DNA of 64,000 bases from an uncultured Verrucomicrobiae bacterium (GCA_963836755.1 CAWIKF010000002.1:320001-384000); one strand, 5' to 3'; positions 1 to 10,362 are shown, counted from the stretch's first letter. Notes: generated by a model not told the origin, from the letters alone. Numbers and translations are program-made.

Positions 1-602
1 TTGCGATCGAAAGTTCTACGAGCCGTGGCAGCGTGGCGATCTCAGACGGAAGTAAAATTCTGTTTGGCGAAACCTTTTTGTGCGAGCGCGGGCACAGCAC
101 GGAACTTTTTGCAGTTTTGGAACGCTCGCTGAAAATGATTCCGCATTTTGAACAAATTGCAGTCGGCGTCGGCCCCGGCTCGTATTCCGGCATTCGCATC
201 GCGATCTCGGCAGCCATTGGAATTGGTCTCATCAAAGGCGCTGCGCTGGTCGGCCTGCCGTCGGTGCTTGGCTACGAAACCGATGCGCCGCGCTACTGTG
301 TGATCGGCGACGCACGCCGCGATTCATTTTACTTCTCGGAGATTTGCGGGCGTGAATGTATGGCCGCGCCGCAGTTACTCGCAGCGCGGGAACTTTCCGC
401 GCGGTTGGCGGATTGGAATGAGCCGATTTTTGCGCCGGAGCCGCTCGCACTTTTTCCCAACGCACAGCTTGCTTATCCCAGCGCAAATCAACTCGCCCAA
501 CTCGCGGCGGCTGACCGCGGCATCGTCGCGCGCGACAACCTTGAGCCGCTTTATTTGCGCGAGCCGCACATTACGACGCCTCGTATTTCAAATTCCCCGT
601 GA
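1..602 (+). CDS. tsaB: tRNA threonylcarbamoyladenosine biosynthesis protein TsaB (5' end outside window)
   Basis: Frame open from window edge (AIESSTSRGSVAI); HS motif, GVGPGSYSGIRI, DARR and C-terminal LEPLYLR motifs. Confidence 0.9.
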   Translation, partial: AIESSTSRGSVAISDGSKILFGETFLCERGHSTELFAVLERSLKMIPHFEQIAVGVGPGSYSGIRIAISAAIGIGLIKGAALVGLPSVLGYETDAPRYCVIGDARRDSFYFSEICGRECMAAPQLLAARELSARLADWNEPIFAPEPLALFPNAQLAYPSANQLAQLAAADRGIVARDNLEPLYLREPHITTPRISNSP

Positions 603-1596
603 GCAATAAATCGTCGTCGATCCTTTCGTAATGCGGGTTAGCGATGCGCGGCGCCTGCGCAGTGCTTCCGACACCGCGACCGCCGATGCCCGCCTTCGGT
701 CCGCCGACGAGCAGTGGCGCGATGTAAAAATGCGCGCGATCGACGAGGCGCCGGTCGAATGCCTCGCCGAGCACGCGCGCGCCGCCTTCGATGAGCACGC
801 TGGTGATTTCGCGGCGACCCAGGTCGCGCAAGATCGCGCGTAAAGTTTTACCGGAATACACGATTGTTTTTGCGCGAAGTTCGTCTGTGAAAACGCGGGC
901 AGTTCGCGGCAATTTTCCGCTGCGCGAAAGGATGATGCGCCACGGCTGCTTTGCTCCCGGCACGCCGCGCACGGTAAGCTGTGGATCATCGGCGCGAAGC
1001 GTTGCCGCGCCGATCAAGATGGCATCAACGTTTGTGCGCAACCGCTGCGCGTGCGCGCGGGAAGCTTCGCTCGTGATCCACCGACCCTCGGCCGGCGGGC
1101 GCGTGATACGGCCGTCTAGCGACAGTCCCGCTTTTGCGATGACGAACGGAATTTTGGTGACGATCCATTTGTTAAACGCGGCGTTTAGTTCCGTGCAGTC
1201 AGCTTCCAGCACGCCGATGACCGTTTTGATTTTTGCGCGGCGCAAAAGCTTGACGCCACGTCCCGCATGAACGGGATTGGGATCGAGGGCACCGATCACC
1301 ACGCGCTGAAGATTTGCAGCGATAATCGCATCGACGCATGGGGGGGTTCGGCCCTGTGTTGAACACGGTTCCAGCGTCACGTAAAGCGTCGCGCCGCGCG
1401 CGAGGCGTGGATCTTTCAACGCGCGCAGCGCTTCGATTTCCGCATGCGGTTGACCGGCTGCGCGATGAAATCCGCGCGCTAGAATCTTTCCGCGCGCGAT
1501 TATGACCGCACCGACCGCGGGGTTCGGGCTGGTGTGGCCGAGCCCGCGTCGCGCCTCGCGCAGCGCGAGTTGCATGAACTTTTCATCGACCGTCAC
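571..1596 (-). CDS. ribD: Bifunctional riboflavin deaminase/reductase RibD
   Basis: PNPAVGAV, HAE, TLEPC...TPPC zinc deaminase motifs; SLDGRI, DDPQLTVR, IEGGA reductase motifs. Confidence 0.95.
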   Translation of the reverse strand: MTVDEKFMQLALREARRGLGHTSPNPAVGAVIIARGKILARGFHRAAGQPHAEIEALRALKDPRLARGATLYVTLEPCSTQGRTPPCVDAIIAANLQRVVIGALDPNPVHAGRGVKLLRRAKIKTVIGVLEADCTELNAAFNKWIVTKIPFVIAKAGLSLDGRITRPPAEGRWITSEASRAHAQRLRTNVDAILIGAATLRADDPQLTVRGVPGAKQPWRIILSRSGKLPRTARVFTDELRAKTIVYSGKTLRAILRDLGRREITSVLIEGGARVLGEAFDRRLVDRAHFYIAPLLVGGPKAGIGGRGVGSTAQAPRIANPHYERIDDDLLLTGNLKYEAS

Positions 1597-1647
1597 AGCG
1601 TTCGTTTAAACCTTGCGCTCTGCAAATTGAACCGGGAACTTTCGGAT

Positions 1648-2634
1648 GTGAAGCTGAGCTTGCGCGAGAAGCGGAATTTTTACCACGAGCTCGGGCGGCT
1701 GATCCGCTCCGGGCGCGCTTTCCCGAGCGCGCTCGAGTTGATGCTCGAAAACACGGGCGGCAGCTTGCGGCGGTTCTTGCGCGCACTGCATGAGGCGGCG
1801 CTGCGCGGCGAAACGGTCGAGGAATCTTTCGCGAAACAGCGGCCGGGCGTGACGGAAATGGAGATAAGCATTCTCTCGGCATCCGAGCGCGCGGGGCGGC
1901 TGGAGCACGCGTGCGCGCAGCTTTCGAGCTACTTTGGCGCGCTGGATCAGGCGCGCGGGATCGTGATCAAGCGTTCGCTTTACCCGGCGTTTATTTTGCA
2001 TTTCGGCATCTTCGTTTTGGCCGCGCCGAAGCTGGCGCTCGGCGGGACAGTCGCGGCTTATTTGCGGCAGACTTTCGGATTTCTGCTGCTGATTTACGTC
2101 GCGGTTTTGCTCCTTGTTTTTCTTCTCAAGCAATTGACCAACGCTGCGCAAACAAACGTCGCGATCGATGCGGCGCTGCGCACGGTGCCGATGGTCGGGA
2201 AAATGCGTCGCGCCTTTGCGCTTGCGAGATTCACCGCGACGTATGAGGCGCAGTTGAGCGCGGGTGTAAATGTGCTCGATACTTTGACTGGCGCGGCGCA
2301 GGCGAGCCAGAGCGCGCTCGTGCGCCAGGCCGCGCGGGAAGCATTGCCGCAAATCCGCACTGGCGCGAAGGTCGGGCCGCTCCTCGAAAATGCGCGCGTG
2401 TTTCCGGCGAGTGTCGCGCGCGCTTTTCGTCTGGCGGAAGAGACGGGCGAGCTCGACGAGGAGTTGCAGCGGCTGACGCGGGAATTTGAAAGCGAAGCGC
2501 TGAGCCGGATCGAAACGCTCAGCGATTGGCTGCCGAAAATCATCTACATGCTGGTGGTTGTTTATCTCGCGTATCAGATGATCGGCATCTACCAAAAGTC
2601 GCTCTCGACCTATACCAAGCTGCTCGATAGCTGA
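1648..2634 (+). CDS. Type II secretion system F / PilC-family inner membrane platform protein
   Basis: Two T2SSF repeats (ASERAGRLE; LAEETGELD) separated by TM helices; GTG start at 1648 chosen to avoid ribD overlap. Confidence 0.8.
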   Translation: MKLSLREKRNFYHELGRLIRSGRAFPSALELMLENTGGSLRRFLRALHEAALRGETVEESFAKQRPGVTEMEISILSASERAGRLEHACAQLSSYFGALDQARGIVIKRSLYPAFILHFGIFVLAAPKLALGGTVAAYLRQTFGFLLLIYVAVLLLVFLLKQLTNAAQTNVAIDAALRTVPMVGKMRRAFALARFTATYEAQLSAGVNVLDTLTGAAQASQSALVRQAAREALPQIRTGAKVGPLLENARVFPASVARAFRLAEETGELDEELQRLTREFESEALSRIETLSDWLPKIIYMLVVVYLAYQMIGIYQKSLSTYTKLLDS

Positions 2635-2645
2635 AAGGCGCGGCT

Positions 2646-3224
2646 TTATTTGCCGATGTAGATCGCGTCGTCCGGCCAGTCGCTTTGGAGATAACCGTTC
2701 TCCATATTCACAAACGGCAGGTAATTTCGCATCACGCGCACCGGCGCGAGCAGGCGCATCGTCTGGACTTCCTCGATGGATTGTTCGCCGTGATTGCGGA
2801 GGAGGCTCGGGATGACTTTTTCCTGCACGGTCTGAACGATGTCGGTATCATTTTCGCCGTCAATGAAGAGCAACAGCGCGAGCTTTCCATCGATCTCCGC
2901 GATGTGACTTTCAAAAATGATCTGCGTGAAAATCGAGCGGACGAAAGGCTCTCTTTTGATGTCCTCGGTGAGCTGTTTAAAAGTGACGCCGATGCGGAAT
3001 TTGATCGTGTAAAGGTGCCGCGCGGTGAATTGCCCGGTGCCGGCCGCGGTGAGATCGACGTGCGTGTGATAGGAAAGGATGCCGGCCTGCTCGAGGCGCT
3101 TTCGCTTGCGGCCGACGGTGCGGACATTGACGCCGGTGATTTCGCCGACGCCGTTGTCGGATTCCCGCGGGTCGCGAACGAGCTGGCGCAAGATCAACCG
3201 TTCCTGTTCATCGAGAGATTTCAT
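2646..3224 (-). CDS. Lrp/AsnC-type winged-HTH transcriptional regulator
   Basis: N-terminal LDEQERLILRQLVRDPRES...RKRKRLEQAGIL HTH; divergent from gltB. Confidence 0.75.
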   Translation of the reverse strand: MKSLDEQERLILRQLVRDPRESDNGVGEITGVNVRTVGRKRKRLEQAGILSYHTHVDLTAAGTGQFTARHLYTIKFRIGVTFKQLTEDIKREPFVRSIFTQIIFESHIAEIDGKLALLLFIDGENDTDIVQTVQEKVIPSLLRNHGEQSIEEVQTMRLLAPVRVMRNYLPFVNMENGYLQSDWPDDAIYIGK

Positions 3225-3382
3225 GGACTGATAGTTTGGGGTGAAAAGTCCAACATTAGACAGAACCAGCTGAGATGGCGACCTTTTTTTGTAGAAAAAA
3301 GAGAAAATTTGTCTTGAATTGTCGCGCGAGGCTTTTAACATTCGCACATTCGCAGTTTTATGGTTTAAATTAGGGACTAATT

Positions 3383-6300
3383 ATGAACGAGGTTATCGCA
3401 GACCAGATTGCCGGGCGCCCGACGCTTTACTCGCCGGAATTCGAGCACGACGCATGCGGCGTCGGATTCATTGCGCAAGTCAGCGGCAAGCGTTCAAACC
3501 AAGTGCTGCGATACGGGCTCGAATCGCTCTGCCGGCTCGCGCATCGCGGCGCGGTCGATGCGGATGCGAAGACGGGCGACGGCGCGGGCGTGTCGACGCA
3601 GATTCCTTACAAGGTTTTCGCGCCGGACCTGAAGCGGCTCGGACATCAACTTTTTCAGGAGAGCGACCTCGGCGTCGGCTTTATTTTTCTACCGCACGAC
3701 AACGCCTACGCACAGGCGCGCGCCAAAGCGATCACCGAGGAAATCATCGAAAAGCGGGGGCTGTTTTTGTTCGGCTGGCGCGAAGTCCCAGTGAATCTGA
3801 AGGTGCTCGGCGAAAAAGCGCAATCAACGATGCCTCGCATTGAGCAGGTGCTGGTCGGTCGCCCGTGGGGCATGACCGATGACGACTATGAGCGCCGCCT
3901 TTTTTTGGCGAGGAATGAGATTGAAAAGCGGGCAGCCGAAGCTGAAATCAGACATTTTTACATCCCAAGTTTTTCGCATCGCACCATCGCCTATAAAGGG
4001 CTGATGATTTCGCCGTCGCTGGAAAAATTTTACAAGGACCTCTCGCATCCCGAATACGAGACGGCGTTCTGCGTTTACCATCAGCGCTACTCGACGAACA
4101 CTTTCCCGACCTGGCCGCTCGGCCAGCCGTTCCGCATGCTCGCGCACAATGGCGAGATCAACACGCGCCGCGGCAACGTCAACTGGATGCGCGCGCGCGA
4201 AGCGGAATTGGAAGCCGATTTTTGGGGTGCGGACATCGATCTTTTGAAACCGATCATTCAGCCCGGCGGCAGCGATTCGGCGGAACTCGATAATGCGCTC
4301 GAGGCGCTCGTAATGAGCGGCCGCGACATTTTGCACGCGATGACGATGCTCGTCCCGCCGGCATGGCGCTCGGACAAAAACATGTCGCCGGAGCTGCAGG
4401 GATTTTACGAATTTCATCGCTGCTTCACCGAGCCGTGGGACGGTCCGGCTGCGCTGGTGTTTAACGATGGTATCACAGTCGGCGCGTGCCTCGATCGCAA
4501 CGGCTTGCGACCCGCGCGCTTCAAATTGACCGACGACGGGATTTTTTCGCTCGGCTCTGAAGTTGGGGTGATCGATTTCGACGACGCGAACATTATCGAA
4601 AAAGGCCGGCTCGCGCCCGGTGAGATGATCGCTGTCGATACCGCTCGCGGGAAATTGTTGCGCGACGCGGAGATCAAGGCGCAGCTTGCCTCGCGGCGGC
4701 CTTACGCACTTTGGCTGAAGGAGAATTTGCTGCAGCTCGACCGGCACGTGAAGACCGAAATCTCCGAGCCGTCGGGCGAGCTCGATATTTTGACGCTCAC
4801 GCAAAAACAGATCGCGTTTGGCTACACGAGCGAGGAGCTCGACATCATCTTAAAGCCGATGCTCGGCAGCGCCGCCGAGGCCGTCGGCTCGATGGGCGAC
4901 GACACGCCGCTCGCGGTGCTCTCGCTCCAGCCGCGGCTCCTTTACACTTACTTTAAACAACTATTTGCGCAGGTCACCAATCCGCCGATTGATCCGATCC
5001 GCGAAAAACTTGTCATGTCGCTCTGGACGATCATGGGGTGGCGGCGGAACTGGCTTGGCGAATCGCCGGAAAATGCGTGTCTCGTCCGCATCGAATCGCC
5101 TCTGCTTTTCGAGCACGAACTCGAGGCGTTGAAAAATTTGCCGGCGCCACACACGACCGCGACAATCTCCGCCACGTGGCCCCTCGCGGAAGGTGAGGCG
5201 GGTCTGGAAAAAGCGATTGATCGCATCTGCCGCGAAGCCGAGGAAGCGGTCATCGGCGGCGCGCGGATGCTGATTCTAAGCGACCGCGCGGTCGATCACG
5301 CGAACGTCCCCGTGCCGATGCTGCTGGTGACGGGCGCGGTGCATCATCATCTCACGCGCGTCGGCAAACGGATGAAAGCTTCCATCATTTGCGAGAGCGG
5401 CGAAGCGCGCGACGTGCATCATCTCGCGTGCCTAGTCGGCTACGGCGCGAGCGCTGTGGTGCCGTATCTCGCGTTCGAATCGGTGCGCGAAATTTATGAA
5501 AAGGCGCGCGCATCCGCGAAGCCGGAGCTGACCGACGTGACGTTTGCGAAGGCGCTGAAAAACTATCGCAAGGCACTTGAAGATGGGCTGTTGAAAATCA
5601 TGTCAAAAATGGGCATCAGCGTCCTCGGCAGCTATCTCGGCGCGCAGATTTTCGAAGCGATTGGCGTCGGCCCAGCGGTGATTTCAAAATGCTTCCTCGG
5701 CACTTCGTCGCAAGTCGGGGGCATCGGTTTCGTAGAGATTGCGCGTGAAAGTTTGGCGCGCCATCACAACGGCTTCGCGCAGGCCGTGCCGCAGGACAAG
5801 GAAGGTCGGCCGCTGCTCGGAGATCCCGGCTACTACAGGTTTCGCCGCGAGGGCGAGGCGCACGCGGTGACGCCGCCGGTCATCAAAAACTTTCACACGT
5901 TCGTCAAGAGCGGGAAACCGGAAGACTACAAAAATTACGTCGACGCGATGCTCGTGAATCGGCCGCTTTCGCTGCGCGACTTATGCGAGTTCGTGCCGCT
6001 CGCGAGCGGGCCGGTGCCAGTCGAGGAAGTCGAATCGATCGAGGAAATTCGCAAACGTTTTACCACTGCCGGCATGTCGCTCGGCGCACTTTCTCCCGAG
6101 GCGCACGAGTGCCTCGCGATCGCGATGAACCGCATCGGCGGCAAGTCGAACAGTGGCGAGGGCGGCGAGGATCCGGAGCGTTTTAAGCATCGCGAAAATG
6201 GCGACCTCGCCAATTCCGCGATCAAACAAGTGGCGTCAGGCCGTTTCGGCGTGAAGGCCGCATATCTGGCGAGCGCAAAGGAAATCGAAATCAAAATGGC

Positions 6301-7978
6301 GCAAGGCTCGAAGCCGGGCGAGGGCGGCCAGTTGCCCGGCGGAAAAGTTTCCGGCATCATCGCGCGGCTGCGCCACACGGTGCCCGGCGTGATGCTGATC
6401 TCGCCGCCGCCACATCACGACATTTACTCGATCGAGGATCTCGCGCAGTTGATTTACGATTTGAAACAGGTCAATCCGCGTGCGCGAATTTGTGTGAAAC
6501 TCGTCGCCGAGGCCGGCGTCGGCACGATCGCGGCCGGCGTGGCCAAGGCGCACGCCGACGTGATTTTGATCAGCGGACACGATGGCGGCACGGGCGCGTC
6601 GCCGTTGTCATCTGTGAAAAACGCGGGCAGCGCGTGGGAGCTCGGTGTCGCGGAGGCGCAGCAGGTTTTGATGCTCAACGGCCTGCGCGACCGCGTGACG
6701 CTGCGCACCGATGGCGGCATGCGCACCGGCGCGGACATCGTTTACGGCGCGCTTTTCGGAGCGGAGGAATACAATTTCGGCACGACCGCGCTCATCGCCG
6801 CGGGCTGCGTTTACGTGCGCCAATGCCATCTCAACACCTGCCCCGTCGGCATCGCGACGCAGGACGAGCGGCTGCGCGGAAAGTTCAAGGGCAAGCCCGA
6901 AAACGTGATCAATTTTTTCAACGGCGTCGCTCAGGAAGTGCGCGAAATCATGGCGAGCCTCGGCGTGCGGACGTTGCGCGAATTGATCGGGCAGACGAAA
7001 TTTTTGCGCCAGCGCCACATCGCCGATCATCCAAAGGCGAACACGCTCGACCTTTCGCGCATCCTCGCCGATGTCGCGCCGGGCGACGACACGACGCCGC
7101 GCTTTTGCACGCGCGATCGCAACGACGGCCACGGCGACCGCCCGCTCGACGACACGATTTTGCAGGATGCGAAGGACGCGATCACGGACCACACGCCGAT
7201 GTCGCTTTCGTATCGCGTCAAAAATACGAACCGCTCGATCGGCGCGAAAGTCAGCGGCGAAGTCGGCTATCAATATGGCGATGCGGGGCTGCCGGAGGGG
7301 ACGCTCGAGTTGAAATTGCAAGGCAGCGCGGGACAAAGTTTCGGCGCGTTTTTGACGCCGGGCATCAAACTCGTCCTCGAAGGCGAGGCGAATGACTACG
7401 TCGGCAAAAGCATGAGCGGCGGCGAGATCGTCGTCCGCCCGTCGTCGACGCGAAAGTTTGCCGCGCACGACAATGCGATCATGGGAAACACCGTTCTTTA
7501 TGGCGCAACCGGCGGCACGCTTTTCGCCAGCGGCCGCGCGGGCGAGCGCTTCGCTGTGCGCAATTCCGGCGGCGTCGCTGTCGTCGAAGGGCTCGGCGAT
7601 CACGGCTGCGAATACATGACCAACGGCACCGTCATCGTCCTCGGCCGCACCGGAAAAAATTTCGGCGCGGGCATGACCGGCGGCATCGCATATGTGCTCG
7701 ACCTCGAGGAGAAATTTGAGTCGCTTTACAACCCCGCCCTCGTCGTGCTGGAAAAATTAAACGAGGAAGACGTCCTGATCGTGCAGCAACTCGTTTACAA
7801 ACATCTCGAAAATACCGAGAGCGTCCGCGCGAAGGAAATTCTCGCCGATTGGCCGGCGTTCGCGGCAAAGTTTTGGAAAGTGAAACCGCACACGCCCGCG
7901 GCGAAGCCAGCCGAGGTGCAGCCGAAAGCCGCCGCCGAGACTGTGATTACCGAGCAAATCACCGCGGCACAACCTTGA
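3383..7978 (+). CDS. gltB: Glutamate synthase large subunit
   Basis: HDACGVGF amidotransferase start, HQRYSTNT, HNGEINT, FAQVTNPP, KPGEGGQLPG, CVYVRQCHLNTCP 3Fe-4S motif, GXGXG domain. Confidence 0.98.
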   Translation: MNEVIADQIAGRPTLYSPEFEHDACGVGFIAQVSGKRSNQVLRYGLESLCRLAHRGAVDADAKTGDGAGVSTQIPYKVFAPDLKRLGHQLFQESDLGVGFIFLPHDNAYAQARAKAITEEIIEKRGLFLFGWREVPVNLKVLGEKAQSTMPRIEQVLVGRPWGMTDDDYERRLFLARNEIEKRAAEAEIRHFYIPSFSHRTIAYKGLMISPSLEKFYKDLSHPEYETAFCVYHQRYSTNTFPTWPLGQPFRMLAHNGEINTRRGNVNWMRAREAELEADFWGADIDLLKPIIQPGGSDSAELDNALEALVMSGRDILHAMTMLVPPAWRSDKNMSPELQGFYEFHRCFTEPWDGPAALVFNDGITVGACLDRNGLRPARFKLTDDGIFSLGSEVGVIDFDDANIIEKGRLAPGEMIAVDTARGKLLRDAEIKAQLASRRPYALWLKENLLQLDRHVKTEISEPSGELDILTLTQKQIAFGYTSEELDIILKPMLGSAAEAVGSMGDDTPLAVLSLQPRLLYTYFKQLFAQVTNPPIDPIREKLVMSLWTIMGWRRNWLGESPENACLVRIESPLLFEHELEALKNLPAPHTTATISATWPLAEGEAGLEKAIDRICREAEEAVIGGARMLILSDRAVDHANVPVPMLLVTGAVHHHLTRVGKRMKASIICESGEARDVHHLACLVGYGASAVVPYLAFESVREIYEKARASAKPELTDVTFAKALKNYRKALEDGLLKIMSKMGISVLGSYLGAQIFEAIGVGPAVISKCFLGTSSQVGGIGFVEIARESLARHHNGFAQAVPQDKEGRPLLGDPGYYRFRREGEAHAVTPPVIKNFHTFVKSGKPEDYKNYVDAMLVNRPLSLRDLCEFVPLASGPVPVEEVESIEEIRKRFTTAGMSLGALSPEAHECLAIAMNRIGGKSNSGEGGEDPERFKHRENGDLANSAIKQVASGRFGVKAAYLASAKEIEIKMAQGSKPGEGGQLPGGKVSGIIARLRHTVPGVMLISPPPHHDIYSIEDLAQLIYDLKQVNPRARICVKLVAEAGVGTIAAGVAKAHADVILISGHDGGTGASPLSSVKNAGSAWELGVAEAQQVLMLNGLRDRVTLRTDGGMRTGADIVYGALFGAEEYNFGTTALIAAGCVYVRQCHLNTCPVGIATQDERLRGKFKGKPENVINFFNGVAQEVREIMASLGVRTLRELIGQTKFLRQRHIADHPKANTLDLSRILADVAPGDDTTPRFCTRDRNDGHGDRPLDDTILQDAKDAITDHTPMSLSYRVKNTNRSIGAKVSGEVGYQYGDAGLPEGTLELKLQGSAGQSFGAFLTPGIKLVLEGEANDYVGKSMSGGEIVVRPSSTRKFAAHDNAIMGNTVLYGATGGTLFASGRAGERFAVRNSGGVAVVEGLGDHGCEYMTNGTVIVLGRTGKNFGAGMTGGIAYVLDLEEKFESLYNPALVVLEKLNEEDVLIVQQLVYKHLENTESVRAKEILADWPAFAAKFWKVKPHTPAAKPAEVQPKAAAETVITEQITAAQP

Positions 7979-8020
7979 CGCCATTCTTTGTTCACGTCCG
8001 TGGCTAACGAAAAAAAATCT

Positions 8021-8413
8021 ATGGAAATCGCCAAGCAACTCTCCGTTTTTCTCGACAATAAACCTGGCACTCTCGCGCGGGTTTGCGACGAACTCGCGCG
8101 GCACGACATCAACATTTACGCGCTCACGATTTCCGACACGGTCGATCACGCAGTCGTCCGCATGGTCGTGAGCGACCCGCAAAAGGCGCTGCATATTTTC
8201 GGCGATCACGGCGTGCTCGTCGTTGAAAACAACGTCCTCTTCATCGAGAACAGCAACAAGCCGGGCAGCCTCGCGGCCATCGCGCAAAAACTTTCCGCGG
8301 CGAAAATCAACATCGAATACGCCTACCTCGCCACGAGCCCGAGCTCGAAAAAAGGTCTGCTGATCCTGCGCGCGAGCAACACCAGCAAGGCGCTCGAGGT
8401 CCTTCAGCGCTAG
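8021..8413 (+). CDS. Tandem ACT-domain protein
   Basis: QLSVFLDNKPGTL and NKPGSLAAIAQKLSAAKINIEYAY repeats. Confidence 0.85.
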   Translation: MEIAKQLSVFLDNKPGTLARVCDELARHDINIYALTISDTVDHAVVRMVVSDPQKALHIFGDHGVLVVENNVLFIENSNKPGSLAAIAQKLSAAKINIEYAYLATSPSSKKGLLILRASNTSKALEVLQR

Positions 8414-8424
8414 TTTTGCGCGGA

Positions 8425-9057
8425 TCAGATTCCGCGCGGCGGTGCGGCTGTGCCGAGATGGACGCGGCCGCTGAGCGCGCGGCTCAACGTTAATTCGTCA
8501 GCCGAGTCGAGACCGCCGCCAGCTGGCATTCCCTGCGCGAGGCGCGTCAAAGTTACTGGCAGCTCGCCCAGCAGCTCAGCGAGATAATTCGCCGTCGCCT
8601 CTCCTTCGACATCCGAGCCGAGTGCCAGAATTACTTCGCGCGGCGTTTCGGCTTTGACGCGGTCGATGAGCGCGTCGATACGAAGCTGATCCGGGCCGAT
8701 GTGGTCGAGCGGCGAAATCCGGCCACCGAGCGCGTGATAACGCCCGCGAAAAAGTCCAGTGCGCTCGAGCGGCAAAATATCCGTCGCCATCTCGACCACA
8801 CAAAGCTGCTCGCCCGTCCGCGTTTCGTCCGCGCAGATCGCGCAAACTTTTTCCGCAGTAAAGAAACCGCACTGCGCGCACGGGCGCACCTGCTCGGCGA
8901 CCGCGCGAATCGCCGTGCCGATTTCCGCCGCGCGCGCGTCGCGAGCTTGTGTCATCCAAAGCGCGATCCGCTCCGCGCCGCGCGGGCCGATGCCCGGCAT
9001 CCGCTTGAGCTGCGCGATGAGTTCCTGGATCGCGGCGGGATACTCGACTCGCTTCAA
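8425..9057 (-). CDS. recR: Recombination mediator RecR
   Basis: PGIGPRGAER HhH, CAQC/CAIC zinc finger, YHALGGRISP, EGEATA Toprim; TTG start overlaps upstream TGA. Confidence 0.95.
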   Translation of the reverse strand: MKRVEYPAAIQELIAQLKRMPGIGPRGAERIALWMTQARDARAAEIGTAIRAVAEQVRPCAQCGFFTAEKVCAICADETRTGEQLCVVEMATDILPLERTGLFRGRYHALGGRISPLDHIGPDQLRIDALIDRVKAETPREVILALGSDVEGEATANYLAELLGELPVTLTRLAQGMPAGGGLDSADELTLSRALSGRVHLGTAAPPRGI

Positions 9058-10307
9058 ATCCGTGCGTTTCGCCACTCGAGCTGCGGCAGGCCTTCGCGCA
9101 GTTGCTCGATGCGGCTGATGTAAAATTTCAACGGCGCATCTTCGCCGCGCGCACTGAGCGCCGCGCGGAAGTGATCGAGCGCGTCGTCCCAAAGCTGCTC
9201 GCGGTAATAGATGATTCCTTTCCAGAATAAATCGCGCCGCTGCAGGTCGTCGTCGGAGAGAACATTTTTGAGCGCGAGCAATTCATAAACTTCCTCGCGC
9301 GTTCGCTCGTCGCGGGTGCGGACGAGCTCCATCGGGCGCACTTCGATGGCGGTGCTGGCGAGCTCAAAAGTGTAGGAACCGATGAGGATGCGCGAGCCGT
9401 AGATCATGTTTGCCGAGCAGAGCCGGCGCGTGAATTCGACGGGCTCTCCGGCGACGCTGAAGGTGCCGAGGCGATGCGAGCCGTAAACGCCGCAGACCAT
9501 TTCCCCGGAGTTCACGCCGACGCGGAAGTCGAGCATCTTGTGCCACTTGGAATGACATTCCTGGTTGAGGTTATCGAGCCGCTGGACCAGTTGCAGAGCG
9601 GCTTCGCAGGCGACGTTCGCATGTTTTTCATCCGGGAGAGGCGAGCCGAAAATGACGCGCAGACTTTCGCCATCGCATTCGTCAAGATATCCGCCGCGCT
9701 CGACGAGAAAATCCGCGCCGGTGCGCAAAAAGAGATTCGTCATCGCCACATATTCAGCCGTCGGCAAGGCGTCCATGAGGTCGTCATGATTGAAAACTTC
9801 GCAGACGATGACCGAAGCAGAGCGGAGTTCGCCGTCAAAGTTCAGCGGCGCGCGCGAATCAACCAATGCCGAAAAAGTTTTGCGCGAAATGCGTTCGCCA
9901 AAGATCAGCCGCAGCATCCGCTTGCGTCCGCCGGCCTCGCTACGCGCATACGCCGCGCCGCCGGCGAACCCGAGCACGACTGCGAGCGACGGCGCGAACG
10001 GCGAAAAAAAGTGGTGATACAAATACAGCACCCACGTGAGTGAAATGACCTCGACGAGCGTGACGACGGCGACGGCGATTTTCATCGAGAACCGACCGAT
10101 GTCGACTGTCGTCCAGACGGTGCCGAAGGCGAGCGCGATGAAGAAAAGATATTGCGCGATCGAGCGCGCCGCTGGCGGGTTCGAGGCCCGGCCGAGGAAA
10201 TTCCAGAGGCCGACATCGAGCCGCAGGAACATCCCCGTGGCGTAAAAACCGGCGACGATCAGGCTGGCGAGCGCGCCGAGAAGCAGTGTGACTTTGAGAT
10301 AACGCAT
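9054..10307 (-). CDS. Membrane-anchored class III adenylate/guanylate cyclase-like protein with degenerate active site and C-terminal TPR-like helices
   Basis: N-terminal TM helices; IFGSPL, FRVGVNSGEMVCG cyclase motifs; catalytic Asp/Asn positions appear substituted. Confidence 0.75.
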   Translation of the reverse strand: MRYLKVTLLLGALASLIVAGFYATGMFLRLDVGLWNFLGRASNPPAARSIAQYLFFIALAFGTVWTTVDIGRFSMKIAVAVVTLVEVISLTWVLYLYHHFFSPFAPSLAVVLGFAGGAAYARSEAGGRKRMLRLIFGERISRKTFSALVDSRAPLNFDGELRSASVIVCEVFNHDDLMDALPTAEYVAMTNLFLRTGADFLVERGGYLDECDGESLRVIFGSPLPDEKHANVACEAALQLVQRLDNLNQECHSKWHKMLDFRVGVNSGEMVCGVYGSHRLGTFSVAGEPVEFTRRLCSANMIYGSRILIGSYTFELASTAIEVRPMELVRTRDERTREEVYELLALKNVLSDDDLQRRDLFWKGIIYYREQLWDDALDHFRAALSARGEDAPLKFYISRIEQLREGLPQLEWRNARI

Positions 10308-10362
10308 GGCAAATTCCCCTCCGTGCCCCCGCCTTTCGCGGTGCCGTGAGCGGCCCGAGCTT

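Noticed and set aside
3824..7603. Long alternative-frame and antisense ORFs over gltB (and similar ones over other genes)
   Set aside because: Typical stop-poor shadow frames of high-GC coding DNA, Arg-rich and without motifs
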